A stretch of DNA of 41,043 nt from an uncultured Candidatus Saccharibacteria bacterium (GCA_964362215.1 CAYIDJ010000004.1:1-41043); one strand, 5' to 3'. Positions 25,604-35,087 are shown, counted from the stretch's first letter. A program made the numbers and translations. The notes: a model not told the origin generated them from the sequence alone.

Positions 25604-26134
25604 TTAGATGCTTTTACGGCGGAAGAATCTTCGGAAGACGCCGCTCTTCTCGCTTTCGGGAATAACTTCTTTGCCGGAAGGCGGAAGAATATGTTTAGCG
25701 GACGATTTGGATTTGGTTTTAGTAACGGCAGCAGATTCTTTTTTATGCTTAGACTCGCGACGAGGAGGAGGAATGATGGTAAAGGCAGGTTTTATTTTAT
25801 CATTTTCCGACAAGATTACCGTAACAATGGAAGTGCGTTTTAAAATCGGGGAGGCGGAGCCGCGGGCACGAGGCATAAAACGTTTTAACATACGTCCGCC
25901 GTCAACAGTTATTGTTTTAATATACAGGCGGGCGGCGGCGGCAGATTGGTTGTGAGTAGCGTCAGCCACGGCGGAACGAACTAGTTTTAAGAGAGGGACG
26001 GAGGAGCGCTCGCGACTAAACATAAGTTCGGCTTCAGCGGCCGAAATGGAAAGGCCGCGCAGGCGGTCAGCAACCAACCGCACTTTGCGGGGAGCGATAC
26101 GCAGATTTCTTAAAATGGCGCGTTGGGTAATCAT
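25604..26134 (-). CDS. rplV: 50S ribosomal protein L22 with ~65-aa Lys/Ser-rich C-terminal extension
   Basis: Core LRIAPRKVRLVADRLRG...RARGSASPILKRTSIVTVIL, followed by an extra tail. Total 176 aa. Confidence 0.94.
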   Translation of the reverse strand: MITQRAILRNLRIAPRKVRLVADRLRGLSISAAEAELMFSRERSSVPLLKLVRSAVADATHNQSAAAARLYIKTITVDGGRMLKRFMPRARGSASPILKRTSIVTVILSENDKIKPAFTIIPPPRRESKHKKESAAVTKTKSKSSAKHILPPSGKEVIPESEKSGVFRRFFRRKSI

Positions 26135-26136
26135 GG

Positions 26137-26472
26137 TTATTTCTTATTTTGGTTGGGGGCGGAAGCGGGACTGCCGGCGGCGGTTTCTTGAGCTTTCTTT
26201 TCTAATTCTTTTTGGATTTTACCGCCATGGCGGATAAATTTGCGAGTAGGAGAAAATTCACCCAAATGGTGGCCGACCATGTCTTCCACAACCCGTACTT
26301 CTATAAAATTCTTGCCGTTATGGACGGCAAAAACGTGGCCGATCATTTCAGGAGATACTTCCGAAGAGCGCGACCAAGTTTTAATAACCGTTTCGCCGGG
26401 GTTGGTGACAGCGGCAACTTTTTTGAGCAGACGCGGGTCAACGAAAGGGCCTTTTTTTAGTGAACGAGACAT
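26137..26472 (-). CDS. rpsS: 30S ribosomal protein S19
   Basis: [11 protein letters not shown]..., VHNGK, GEF.PTR. Confidence 0.97.
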   Translation of the reverse strand: MSRSLKKGPFVDPRLLKKVAAVTNPGETVIKTWSRSSEVSPEMIGHVFAVHNGKNFIEVRVVEDMVGHHLGEFSPTRKFIRHGGKIQKELEKKAQETAAGSPASAPNQNKK

Positions 26473-26502
26473 ATATTATTAAACTCTAAACAATGGTAAT
26501 TT

Positions 26503-27336
26503 TTAACTTTTACGGCGGCGGCGGGAAGAAATAATAAGAGCCGAGGACGACTGTTTTCGGTGGCGGGTACGGCGGCCGCCAGTAATGTTGCCCCAGATGT
26601 CTTTGGGACGCTTGGTGCCGCGCTGGGTTTGACCTTCACCGCCGCCGTAGGGATGGTCAACTGGATTCATAGCCGAACCGCGAACGGTGGGGCGGATGCC
26701 TAAGTGGCGGGAACGGCCGGCGTTGCCGATAACAACCAAGTTGTTTTCGGGATTGCTGGCGCGGCCGACGGTAGCAAATCCGTCAGAGAGAATCTTGCGC
26801 ACCTCGCCGGAGGGGAGTTTTAAGTTGGTGTATTTACCTTCTTGGGCGGACACTTCAACATAAGAGCCGGCCGAACGTGCTAATTGACCGCCGCGGCCGG
26901 GAGAAAGTTCGGCATTAAAAACTTGATAACCAACGGGAATGTTTTTGAGCGGCAGGCGGTTGCCGGAAGTAAGAGGGGCATCAAGAGAAGTGATGACCCT
27001 ATCCCCTACTTTAGCATCGGACCAAGCCAGAACATAAGAACGTCCGCCGTTGTCATAAACCAAGCGGGCGATAAAGGCCGTGCGATAGGGATCATATTCT
27101 ATGGCTTCAACGCGCGCCGGCAGATTGAGTTTGGATTGCTTGAAGTCAATTAAGCGATAAAGTTTTTTGTGTCCGCCGCCTTGGTGGCGCACAGTGATGC
27201 GTCCCTGGGAGTTGCGGCCGGAGTGAGACTTCAAGTGGACGGTCAAACGTCTAAAGGGACGAGATACAGAAATCGGCGACAGGTCAGTGACAGTCATCTG
27301 CCGGCGGCCGGGGGTTACTGGTTTAAATTTCTTCAT
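26503..27336 (-). CDS. rplB: 50S ribosomal protein L2
   Basis: MKKFKPVTPGRR start at 27336 (the track's 27378 extension is unlikely). GNR.P, MNPVDHPYGGGEG. Confidence 0.97.
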   Translation of the reverse strand: MKKFKPVTPGRRQMTVTDLSPISVSRPFRRLTVHLKSHSGRNSQGRITVRHQGGGHKKLYRLIDFKQSKLNLPARVEAIEYDPYRTAFIARLVYDNGGRSYVLAWSDAKVGDRVITSLDAPLTSGNRLPLKNIPVGYQVFNAELSPGRGGQLARSAGSYVEVSAQEGKYTNLKLPSGEVRKILSDGFATVGRASNPENNLVVIGNAGRSRHLGIRPTVRGSAMNPVDHPYGGGEGQTQRGTKRPKDIWGNITGGRRTRHRKQSSSALIISSRRRRKS

Positions 27337-27346
27337 AGAATAAATA

Positions 27347-27628
27347 CTACTGGGAAATAATATCAATGTGGTCGCCATCTTTGACGGTAACGACCGCTTT
27401 TTTAATCTTGCTTTTTTTGACCGAAGACCGGAAGCGAAATTTGGTGGCGGGGCGGGGGCGGTTTAAAACATTAACGGATACCACTTTGACGCTGTATATT
27501 TTTTCAATGGCCTGTTTAATTGATGGTTTGGTAGCATTGCCGTCAACGACAAACACATACTGGTTGTGGTGGGACAGATCGCCAGCCTTTTCAGTAATAT
27601 GGGGGTGTTTGATTAGAAGATTGTTCAT
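27347..27628 (-). CDS. rplW: 50S ribosomal protein L23
   Basis: HPHITEKA..., VFVVDGNATKPSIKQAIEKIY.VKV. Confidence 0.95.
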   Translation of the reverse strand: MNNLLIKHPHITEKAGDLSHHNQYVFVVDGNATKPSIKQAIEKIYSVKVVSVNVLNRPRPATKFRFRSSVKKSKIKKAVVTVKDGDHIDIISQ

Positions 27629-28305
27629 AAAACAATTTTCATTTGGGGTGATTTGCTTCGCAAATTTTTATCAGAAGAGGCAGTCAGAGCGGAAAAATCA
27701 GCAACGGCGGAGCGTTCCATTAGCAGCTGGCGGCGAGAGGATATGTCATAAACATTCAAAGAAGCCGGCGAAGAAGTAATAATATTGGAAATATTGCGCG
27801 CGCCGCGGACAAGGCCGGATTTAGCGTCACGACCGGATATTAATATGGCGCTGGGGAAAGGGCGGTGGAAATTTTTAACAAGGAAAGAGATGACACTCTT
27901 GGTTTGGCCGTCCGAAGGAAGAGATTCAAAAACCTTGAGATCACCATCGGTCAGGCGCTTAGAAAGAAGGGAGAAAAGAGCTGCCTGCTTTTGTTTTTTA
28001 TTTATTTTCTGGGTGTAAGAACGCTCGGAAGTCGGTCCGTGAGAAACGCCGCCGCCAGCCCAAATAGGAGAACGGCTGGAACCGTGGCGGGCGCGACCGG
28101 TTCCCTTTTGACGCCAGGGTTTGCGGCCGCCACCACGCACTTCGCCCCGTCCTTTGGTGTGAGCCAGGGGCTCGCGGGCATTGGCGCGATGAGCGAGAAT
28201 AGCAAAATGAACCAAAGTCGGATTCCAGGCAACGCCGAAGATGGTATCCGGAAGTTCTACAGCGCCAACGGTTTTACCTTCAATATTGTAAAGCGGAGTG
28301 TTCAT
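27625..28305 (-). CDS. rplD: 50S ribosomal protein L4
   Basis: KGRGEVRGGGRKPWRQKGTGRARHGS motif. ATGA overlap with rplW. Confidence 0.96.
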   Translation of the reverse strand: MNTPLYNIEGKTVGAVELPDTIFGVAWNPTLVHFAILAHRANAREPLAHTKGRGEVRGGGRKPWRQKGTGRARHGSSRSPIWAGGGVSHGPTSERSYTQKINKKQKQAALFSLLSKRLTDGDLKVFESLPSDGQTKSVISFLVKNFHRPFPSAILISGRDAKSGLVRGARNISNIITSSPASLNVYDISSRRQLLMERSAVADFSALTASSDKNLRSKSPQMKIVL

Positions 28306-28311
28306 AGCGCA

Positions 28312-28935
28312 TTAATTAGATTTATTTTCTTTGGCGGAAGCCGATTCTCCGCCCAAGGCGGAGGCAAGGCGACGAATAGTCAAAAGAGTGCGGCGATTAC
28401 CGGGAACGGCGCCTTTGATTAAAAGTTCGCCGGCGTCTGGATTTACCGCGATAACGGTTAAGTTTTTAATCGTGATCTTGCGTCCGCCCATACGGCCGCC
28501 CATGCGCATTCCTTTAAAAACCCGCTGGACGCCGCCGGCGCCGATAGAGCCAGGGGCGCGCAGGCGGTCTTTGGTGCCATGCGTTTTTTTAGAGCCGGCG
28601 AAGCCGTGCCTTTTAACAACTCCTTGAAAGCCCTTACCGATAGAAAGACCGGAAACAGAGATGTTGTCCCCGGGAGAAAAATCAGATACGGAAACGACGC
28701 GTCCCGCTTTTATTTCTTCCGGAAGAGAGGAAAGAAGGCGGAATTCGCGGTGGACGCGGCGGCGGCCGACGGGAGCGGAGGCAGAAAGGCGGACAGCGAT
28801 GTAGCCATCGCGTTCTTTGGTACGAATAAGGTCAATTTTATTGGGAGCGGCCTTAATAACAGTCACGGGAATGACCTTTTCATCTTTCCACACTTGAGTC
28901 ATGCCGGTTTTCTTGCCGAGGATAAATGCTTCCAT
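28312..28935 (-). CDS. rplC: 50S ribosomal protein L3
   Basis: ILGKKTGMTQVW..., KGFQGVVKRHGF.G....HG. Confidence 0.96.
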   Translation of the reverse strand: MEAFILGKKTGMTQVWKDEKVIPVTVIKAAPNKIDLIRTKERDGYIAVRLSASAPVGRRRVHREFRLLSSLPEEIKAGRVVSVSDFSPGDNISVSGLSIGKGFQGVVKRHGFAGSKKTHGTKDRLRAPGSIGAGGVQRVFKGMRMGGRMGGRKITIKNLTVIAVNPDAGELLIKGAVPGNRRTLLTIRRLASALGGESASAKENKSN

Positions 28936-29046
28936 AAATTTTACATATGTTCCGGCATAAAAAGAAGAGGGATGTCCCCTCCTCGCCAGAAGAGAGTTTT
29001 CTCTCTTCCCGCTTTAAATTCCGGGAACCGTATGTAAGATAGGGAT

Positions 29047-29076
29047 ATTGTAACTTATGGGGGGTGGATTTGTCAA
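29047..29076 (-). promoter_or_regulatory. candidate internal promoter TTGACA-18-TACAAT ahead of rplC
   Basis: On the minus strand: TTGACA (29076-29071) and TACAAT (29052-29047), the same hexamers as the tuf promoter. The ~105-nt leader carries hairpins GAAGAGAG/CTCTCTTC and GAGGG/CCCTC. Confidence 0.4.
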
Positions 29077-29117
29077 AGAGAGACTCGCCATATCAAAACA
29101 GGAAGTTGGTGTATTTA

Positions 29118-29214
29118 GAAAAAGCTTCCTTTCGAGACACGGGTATTTTTTTGCTAAAAAATCCCTCTAACTCGCACCGTCGTGCTCCGCGCGGTCTCGA
29201 AAGGAAGCTTTTTC
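29118..29214. repeat. perfect 21-bp inverted repeat GAAAAAGCTTCCTTTCGAGAC / GTCTCGAAAGGAAGCTTTTTC with 55-nt loop
   Basis: Arms at 29118-29138 and 29194-29214 are exact reverse complements, located in the rpsJ-rplC spacer. Confidence 0.9.
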
Positions 29215-29289
29215 TTCATAAATGATGCATAGAAGGAGGTTTTGATGTGGGCTCGCTAGGGTTGGTGGAGGAAGATTCACGTGTAATTG

Positions 29290-29316
29290 CAAAACTCCCC
29301 TTAAGGGGGAGTTTTG
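29290..29316. terminator. palindromic terminator-like hairpin just after rpsJ
   Basis: CAAAACTCCCC-TTAA(G)-GGGGAGTTTTG. A GC core is flanked by A4/T4, so it is usable on either strand. Confidence 0.5.
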
Positions 29317-29335
29317 ATAAATGTTTGGAGGGCGG

Positions 29336-29683
29336 TTACGCGCGGGCGCCAGTGCCGAGTCCGGTCTTAATTTCAATATCAATGCCGGCGGGAAGATTCA
29401 GGTTAGAGAGGGATTCAATAATTTCTTTATTGGGGTTTAAGATGTCAATAAGACGTTTGTGAATGCGAAGTTCAAACTGCTCACGGGCGGTTTTGTGGAC
29501 AAAGGTGGAGCGGTTGACCGTGTATTTTTTGAATTCGGTGGGAAGAGGAATGGGGCCAACGATGTCGGCATTATGACGTTTGGCGGTTTCAATAATCTGG
29601 CGGCAGGAGTTGTCAACCAGTCGGTGATCGTAGCCGCGCACCCGCAGGCGGAGAAATTCAGCTTGACTTTTTTTAACGGCCAT
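29336..29683 (-). CDS. rpsJ: 30S ribosomal protein S10
   Basis: LRLRVRGYDHRLVD.S...IV..A......GPIPLPT...YTV.RS.....S.EQFE.R.HKRLIDI. ATG 29683 is preferred over the TTG at 29698. Confidence 0.96.
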   Translation of the reverse strand: MAVKKSQAEFLRLRVRGYDHRLVDNSCRQIIETAKRHNADIVGPIPLPTEFKKYTVNRSTFVHKTAREQFELRIHKRLIDILNPNKEIIESLSNLNLPAGIDIEIKTGLGTGARA

Positions 29684-29753
29684 ATTCAGAATAATCAAAC
29701 TCTAAACCCTAAATAATGTCAAAATTCAAAATTATAAACTCAAAACGAATTGA

Positions 29754-30953
29754 TTATTTGACAATTTTAGTAACAACGCCGGCGCCGACAGTGCGTCCGC
29801 CCTCACGGATAGCAAAGCGCTGTTGTTCTTCCAGAGCGACCGGTGAGATAAGGGAAACCTTGAAGGTGATGGTGTCTCCGGGCATGACCATTTCCGTGCC
29901 TTCCGGAAGTTCAACCGAGCCGGTAACATCGGTGGTGCGGATATAGAACTGCGGCTTATAACCCTTAAAGAAAGGAGTGTGCCGTCCGCCTTCCTCTTTG
30001 GTTAAGACATAAACTTCGGCTTCAAAATCGGTGTGAGGAGTAACGGAGCCGGGCTTGGACAGCACCTGACCGCGCTCAATATCTTCCTTTTTGAGACCGC
30101 GCAAGAGGATGCCAACGTTGTCGCCAGCCTGGCCGGAGTCCAGTGTTTTGTTAAACATCTCAATGCCGGTAACGACAGCTTTTTGAGTGTCGCGAAGGCC
30201 AATGACTTCAATTTCTTCATTGGCGTTGACGACTCCCCTTTCAATGCGGCCGGTGGCAACGGTGCCGCGGCCTTCAATGGAAAAGATATCTTCAACCGGC
30301 ATCAGAAAGGGCTTATCAATTTCACGCTTGGGTTCGGGGATATAAGTGTCAAGTTTTTCCACCAGTTCCAGAATCGGTTTGGCGGCTTCATCATCGGCAG
30401 AAGCGGCCTCTAAGGCCTTAAGAGCCGAACCGCGGATAACAGGAGCGTTATCGCCGTCAAATTTATACTTTTTAAGAAGTTCACGAACCTCGGATTCAAC
30501 TAAATCAATGAGCTCGGGGTCGTCTACCTGGTCAACTTTGTTGATAAAAACAATAACATTAGGCACGCCGACTTGGTGGGCAAGTAAGATGTGCTCGCGC
30601 GTCTGCGGCATCGGGCCGTCGGTGGCGGCCACGACTAAAATAGCTCCGTCCATCTGGGCCGCGCCGGTAATCATGTTCTTAATGTAGTCAGCGTGGCCGG
30701 GAGCGTCAACGTGCGCGTAGTGGCGCTTGGCGGACTCATATTCGGAGTGGTGAAGAGCAATAGTAATACCGCGGGCTTTTTCCTCGGGGGCGTTGTCAAT
30801 CTGGTCAACCCTTTCCTCTTTCTTGGTCCAGCCTTTGAGGAAGAGAATGTGAGTAATAGCCGCGGTCAGCGTGGTTTTGCCGTGGTCGACGTGACCAATG
30901 GTGCCGACATTGATGTGCGGCTTGGAACGATTAAATTTTTCTTTTTCGGCCAT
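29754..30953 (-). CDS. tuf: elongation factor Tu
   Basis: [22 protein letters not shown], and full-length similarity pattern over 399 aa. Confidence 0.99.
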   Translation of the reverse strand: MAEKEKFNRSKPHINVGTIGHVDHGKTTLTAAITHILFLKGWTKKEERVDQIDNAPEEKARGITIALHHSEYESAKRHYAHVDAPGHADYIKNMITGAAQMDGAILVVAATDGPMPQTREHILLAHQVGVPNVIVFINKVDQVDDPELIDLVESEVRELLKKYKFDGDNAPVIRGSALKALEAASADDEAAKPILELVEKLDTYIPEPKREIDKPFLMPVEDIFSIEGRGTVATGRIERGVVNANEEIEVIGLRDTQKAVVTGIEMFNKTLDSGQAGDNVGILLRGLKKEDIERGQVLSKPGSVTPHTDFEAEVYVLTKEEGGRHTPFFKGYKPQFYIRTTDVTGSVELPEGTEMVMPGDTITFKVSLISPVALEEQQRFAIREGGRTVGAGVVTKIVK

Positions 30954-31004
30954 AGTAAAAAAATAGTTGATTAATAATAATAGCGAAAACGATCAGACTT
31001 GGTT

Positions 31005-31033
31005 AATTGTAGAGGGAGATGCTTTTAATGTCA
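31005..31033 (-). promoter_or_regulatory. near-consensus promoter TTGACA-17-TACAAT upstream of tuf
   Basis: On the minus strand: TTGACA (31033-31028) and TACAAT (31010-31005). The -35 box lies inside hairpin GAGGGAG..CTCCCTC (31011-31040). Confidence 0.5.
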
Positions 31034-31054
31034 ACTCCCTCAAACTGTCTATGG

Positions 31055-33160
31055 TCATTTTCGGCCGGCAATGATTTCTAGTTCAACGTTTTTAGGCGCC
31101 GGCTCATAGGCGAAGAATTCCATAGTGAAGTTGCCGCGGCCTTGGCTTAGAGAACGCAGTTTGGTGGCATAACCGAACATTTCGGAAAGCGGCACTTTGG
31201 CGTCAATGACCTTTATTCCTCCTTCGCGGTCTTCCATGGATTCAATCTGGCCACGTTTGGAGTTAAGGTCGCCGGTGGCATCGCCTAAAAATTCGGCCGG
31301 CACGATAACTTGCACTTTCATAATCGGTTCAAGCAAAATCGGCCGGGCGGACTTAGCGGCGGAAGAGAAAGCCATAGAAGCGGCTATTTTGAAAGCGGCT
31401 TCCGAGGAGTCAACTTCGTGATAGGAACCGTCGTAGAGAGTAACTTCAACGTCAACGACCGGAAAACCGGCGACGACACCCTTACTTAAGGCTTCTTTGA
31501 CGCCTTTCTCCACAGCGGGGATAAACTCGTTTGGAATAGAGCCACCTTTAATGGCGTTGGTAAACTCAAAGCCGGAGCCGCGTTCCCGCGGGGCGACGCG
31601 CAGCCGGACATGGCCGTACTGGCCGCGGCCGCCGGACTGTTTGATATACTTACCCTCGCCTTCGGAGGAAGCGGAAACAGTTTCTTTATAAGCGACCTGC
31701 GGGCGGCCAACAGTGGCGGTTACGCCGAACTCGCGTTTCATGCGTTCCACCAGTATTTCCAGATGCAACTCGCCCATACCGGCGATAATGGTTTCACCGG
31801 TTTCAATGTTACCCGAGACACGGAAAGTGGGGTCCTCTTCCGCCAGGCGGTGAAGAGCTAAACCCATTTTCTCCTGGTCGGCTTTAGTTTTAGGTTCAAC
31901 TTTGACGCTGATAACCGGGTCGGGAAAATCAATTTTTTCCAAGAGGAGCGGGTGGTCGGGATCGCAGAGAGTGTCGCCGGTAGTGGTGTCTTTGGCGCCG
32001 ACTAAGGCGCCGATGTCGCCGGCACAGATTTCGTCCGCTTCTTCGCGCTGGTTGGCGTGCAGACGGACAATACGGCCAACCCGTTCCTGTTTGTCCTTGC
32101 TGGCATTTAAGATATAACTGCCTTTTTTAAAAACACCCGCGTAGACGCGGAAGAACACTAAACTGCCGACGTAGGGGTCGGTGGCCACTTTGAAAGCCAG
32201 CGCGGCCAGCGGCGCGGAGTCGTCGGCGGTGATTAAAATTTCTTGGTCGGTTTTCGGATTAACGGCTTTGACGGGAGGGACTTCAACCGGAGAAGGCAGG
32301 TAGTCAATGACGGCATCTAAAATAAGCTGAACGCCTTTGTTTTTGAGAGCGCTGCCGCAGAGCACCGGAATGAGTTTGCCCTCGATGGTGGCGCGGCGGA
32401 GGACCCGTTTTAAGTCGGCTAGTTCCGGTTCACGGCCTTCCAGATACAACTCCAGCAGTTTTTCATCCTGCTCCACTATTTTTTCAATAAGTCGCGCGCG
32501 GTAGGATTCCACTTCGCCGGTAAGATTGGCGGGAGTATCAATTTTTTCCAAATGCTCACCAAAATCGCCGCTAAAGCCGTAGGCCTGGCGCTCAAAAAGG
32601 TCAATAACGCCGGAAAAAGCCGATTCACTGCCGATAGGAATCTGAATGGGAATAGCCCGTTTAGAAAGACGACTATGAATAGAAGCTAAGCTTTTTTCAA
32701 AACTCGCGCCCAGGCGGTCAAGTTTGTTGATAAAACAAAGGCGAGGCACGTTGTATTTGTCGGCCTGACGCCAGACGGTCTCCGATTGGGGCTCAACACC
32801 GGCTACGCCGTCAAAGACAACCACGCCTCCGTCTAACACGCGCAGAGAACGTTCCACTTCCACGGTGAAATCAACATGACCGGGGGTGTCAATAAGGTTA
32901 ATGCGATGTTCGTAATTTTTGTCGCTGCCATGGGAGGTGGGAATCCAGAAGCAGGTGGTGGCGGCAGAGGTGATAGTAATCCCCCGCTCCCGTTCCTGCT
33001 CCATCCAGTCCATAATAGCCGCGCCTTCGTGCACTTCGCCGATTTTGTGAGAAATGCCGGTATAAAAAAGGATGCGCTCGGAAACGGTGGTTTTGCCAGC
33101 GTCAATGTGAGCGATAATGCCGATATCACGAACTCTGTCAATTGGGTATTGGCGAGGCAC
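31055..33160 (-). CDS. fusA: elongation factor G
   Basis: 701 aa with GTG start. [22 protein letters not shown] and EF-G domain IV/V motifs. Confidence 0.99.
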   Translation of the reverse strand: MPRQYPIDRVRDIGIIAHIDAGKTTVSERILFYTGISHKIGEVHEGAAIMDWMEQERERGITITSAATTCFWIPTSHGSDKNYEHRINLIDTPGHVDFTVEVERSLRVLDGGVVVFDGVAGVEPQSETVWRQADKYNVPRLCFINKLDRLGASFEKSLASIHSRLSKRAIPIQIPIGSESAFSGVIDLFERQAYGFSGDFGEHLEKIDTPANLTGEVESYRARLIEKIVEQDEKLLELYLEGREPELADLKRVLRRATIEGKLIPVLCGSALKNKGVQLILDAVIDYLPSPVEVPPVKAVNPKTDQEILITADDSAPLAALAFKVATDPYVGSLVFFRVYAGVFKKGSYILNASKDKQERVGRIVRLHANQREEADEICAGDIGALVGAKDTTTGDTLCDPDHPLLLEKIDFPDPVISVKVEPKTKADQEKMGLALHRLAEEDPTFRVSGNIETGETIIAGMGELHLEILVERMKREFGVTATVGRPQVAYKETVSASSEGEGKYIKQSGGRGQYGHVRLRVAPRERGSGFEFTNAIKGGSIPNEFIPAVEKGVKEALSKGVVAGFPVVDVEVTLYDGSYHEVDSSEAAFKIAASMAFSSAAKSARPILLEPIMKVQVIVPAEFLGDATGDLNSKRGQIESMEDREGGIKVIDAKVPLSEMFGYATKLRSLSQGRGNFTMEFFAYEPAPKNVELEIIAGRK

Positions 33161-33224
33161 GTTAAAAATTTAAAGTTTAAATATTAAAATATAAAATCAG
33201 AGAAGAAAAAAAGAGGAGACGCGG

Positions 33225-33719
33225 TTAAAAGCTAACTTTCTTTTTCTTGGTAAAACGGGCGAAGTGAGCGAAGGCGCGATTGGCTTCCGCCATTTTGTGG
33301 GTGTCAGCTTTCTTTTTGATGGCGGCGCCGGCGTTGTCGGAAGCGGCCATCAGTTCCTCGGCTAAACGAGAAGCGATAGGCATGCCTTTTTTGGAGCGGG
33401 CGGCGTTCAAAATCCAGCGAACAGCGAGGATGAAACGGCGGTCAAGACGGACCTCAATCGGAATCTGATAGTTGGCGCCGCCGACGCGGCGGCTGGCAAG
33501 TTCCACGGCGGGAGAGACGTTTTCAATCGCTTTATCAAATACAGCTAAAGGGTCGCTGCTGGTTTTGGCCTTGATAATATCCAAGGCGCGGTAAAAGGCG
33601 CGTTCGGCAACTGTTTTCTTGCCGTTTTTCATAATGGCATTAATGAAACGGCCGACGTCCACACGCTGGTAGACGGGGTCGGGAAGATAGTGTTTTCGGT
33701 AAACGCGCTTTTTACGCAT
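33225..33719 (-). CDS. rpsG: 30S ribosomal protein S7
   Basis: DPVY...V..FIN.IM..GKK..AE..FY.A, VGGANYQIP.EV. Confidence 0.97.
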   Translation of the reverse strand: MRKKRVYRKHYLPDPVYQRVDVGRFINAIMKNGKKTVAERAFYRALDIIKAKTSSDPLAVFDKAIENVSPAVELASRRVGGANYQIPIEVRLDRRFILAVRWILNAARSKKGMPIASRLAEELMAASDNAGAAIKKKADTHKMAEANRAFAHFARFTKKKKVSF

Positions 33720-33776
33720 AGACAGTATTAAACTCTAAACAATATCAAAACTCAAAATCATAAATTCAAATATGAA

Positions 33777-34190
33777 CTACTTTTTGGGTTTTTTGGCGCC
33801 ATATTTTGACCTTTGCTGTTTTCGGTTGGCCACACCTTGAGTGTCAAGCACGCCGCGGACGATATGATAGCGGACACCGGGCAAGTCCTTAACACGGCCG
33901 CCGCGGATAATGACAACGGAGTGTTCCTGAAGGTTGTGCCCTTCGCCGGGAATATAGGCGGTAACTTCCTGACCGTTAGTTAGCTTAACGCGAGCAACTT
34001 TACGGAGCGCGGAGTTAGGTTTTTTAGGAGTAGTGGTTTTAACCTGCAGGCAGACACCTCGTTTGAAAGGCGAGGGAGAGAAAACCGGATGATTTTTAAT
34101 GGTATTGAAATAAGACCGCAGAGCGGGAGTTTTTGATTTTTGAGAGGATTGTTTTCTATTTTTCTTTACCAGTTGATTGATGGTAGGCAC
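33777..34190 (-). CDS. rpsL: 30S ribosomal protein S12 (with ~13-aa insertion after PAL)
   Basis: GTG start. PTINQLV..., [23 protein letters not shown], and [17 protein letters not shown]. Confidence 0.97.
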   Translation of the reverse strand: MPTINQLVKKNRKQSSQKSKTPALRSYFNTIKNHPVFSPSPFKRGVCLQVKTTTPKKPNSALRKVARVKLTNGQEVTAYIPGEGHNLQEHSVVIIRGGRVKDLPGVRYHIVRGVLDTQGVANRKQQRSKYGAKKPKK

Positions 34191-34287
34191 GTTAAAAGAT
34201 TAAAATTTAAAAATCAAAATGAAAAATGACTAATAACTACTTGATAACTAATAATCAAACAAATAGCGGAAGTTTCCGCAGTGTTTA

Positions 34288-34316
34288 AATATAGCGAAGG
34301 AAAGCGGTATTGTCAA
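34288..34316 (-). promoter_or_regulatory. near-consensus promoter TTGACA-17-TATATT for rpsL-rpsG-fusA
   Basis: On the minus strand: TTGACA (34316-34311) and TATATT (34293-34288), about 90 nt upstream of the rpsL start. Confidence 0.5.
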
Positions 34317-34390
34317 CCCCGTTAGAAAACATTTAACCACGCATCAACTTCATATATTTAAGCGCTTAGTTTACGCGTTTTCTAACGGGG
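34317..34390. repeat. perfect 14-bp inverted repeat CCCCGTTAGAAAAC / GTTTTCTAACGGGG with 46-nt loop
   Basis: Arms at 34317-34330 and 34377-34390. It directly abuts the -35 box of the rpsL promoter and follows the M50 gene stop. Confidence 0.9.
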
Positions 34391-34398
34391 TCAAATAA

Positions 34399-35010
34399 TT
34401 AAAAAGTAAATCCGGTGATGAGGGAAAAGAAGGTGTTGGCCAGCGGACTTAAAACAAGAAAGGCGATAGAAAGGGCGATAAAGATGCCGATGAAGCCGAG
34501 GCCGCCAAAATAACGCCAGTAGCCGGGAATAAGGTCGGCGGCAATTTTGGAGCCGTCCAAGGGCGGAATGGGAATAAGGTTAAAAAGAGCCAGAATAATA
34601 TTGACGTAGACAATAAGTTCAAGAAATTTAAGCGTTTCCAAAGGAAGAAAACCGGAGGAAATAAGAGGAGCGGCGGCGAAACGCACCAGGAGGCCGAGAA
34701 TAACAGCAATCAGGAAGTTAGCGGCGGGGCCGGCGAGGGCGACTTTGAGAGAGCCAAAACGTTTGTCGCGGAGAAAATAGGGATTATAAGGCACAGGTTT
34801 AGCCCAGCCCAAAAAAATACCGGAAGAAAATAAAAGCAGAAGCGGAATAATAACCGTGCCGACGGGGTCAATATGGCGGAAGGGATTTAAGGTAAGGCGG
34901 CCGGCGTTTTTAGCGGTAGGGTCGCCAAGTTCAAAAGCCATCCAGCCATGAGCGTATTCGTGAAAGACAGCCGAACCGATAATGACAAGGTAGAGAAAAA
35001 ATAATTCCAT
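34399..35010 (-). CDS. site-2 protease family (peptidase M50) membrane metalloprotease
   Basis: 203-aa polytopic ORF. HEYAHG (HExxH) lies in TM1, with NLIPIPPLDGS (the second M50 motif) downstream. Confidence 0.85.
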   Translation of the reverse strand: MELFFLYLVIIGSAVFHEYAHGWMAFELGDPTAKNAGRLTLNPFRHIDPVGTVIIPLLLLFSSGIFLGWAKPVPYNPYFLRDKRFGSLKVALAGPAANFLIAVILGLLVRFAAAPLISSGFLPLETLKFLELIVYVNIILALFNLIPIPPLDGSKIAADLIPGYWRYFGGLGFIGIFIALSIAFLVLSPLANTFFSLITGFTF

Positions 35011-35087
35011 AGGTGAAATAACTTGCTTTGAAGCTAATTATAGTGTACACTATTTTTGTTATTTTGGCTAAATATAAAAAAAAAAGT

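Noticed and set aside
29247-29462. Plus-strand ORF with GAAGGAGG 7 nt upstream of GTG 29247
   Set aside because: Despite the SD-like sequence, the ORF runs through the terminator palindrome and antisense into rpsJ. The ATG at 29245 gives only 4 codons. I treat it as fortuitous but flag it in case of antisense regulation.
22033-33739. Repeated AAACTCTAAA units as a possible CRISPR or tandem array
   Set aside because: The copies are separated by whole genes (hundreds to thousands of bp), not by 25-50-nt spacers, and always sit in intergenic spacers. This is not a CRISPR array.
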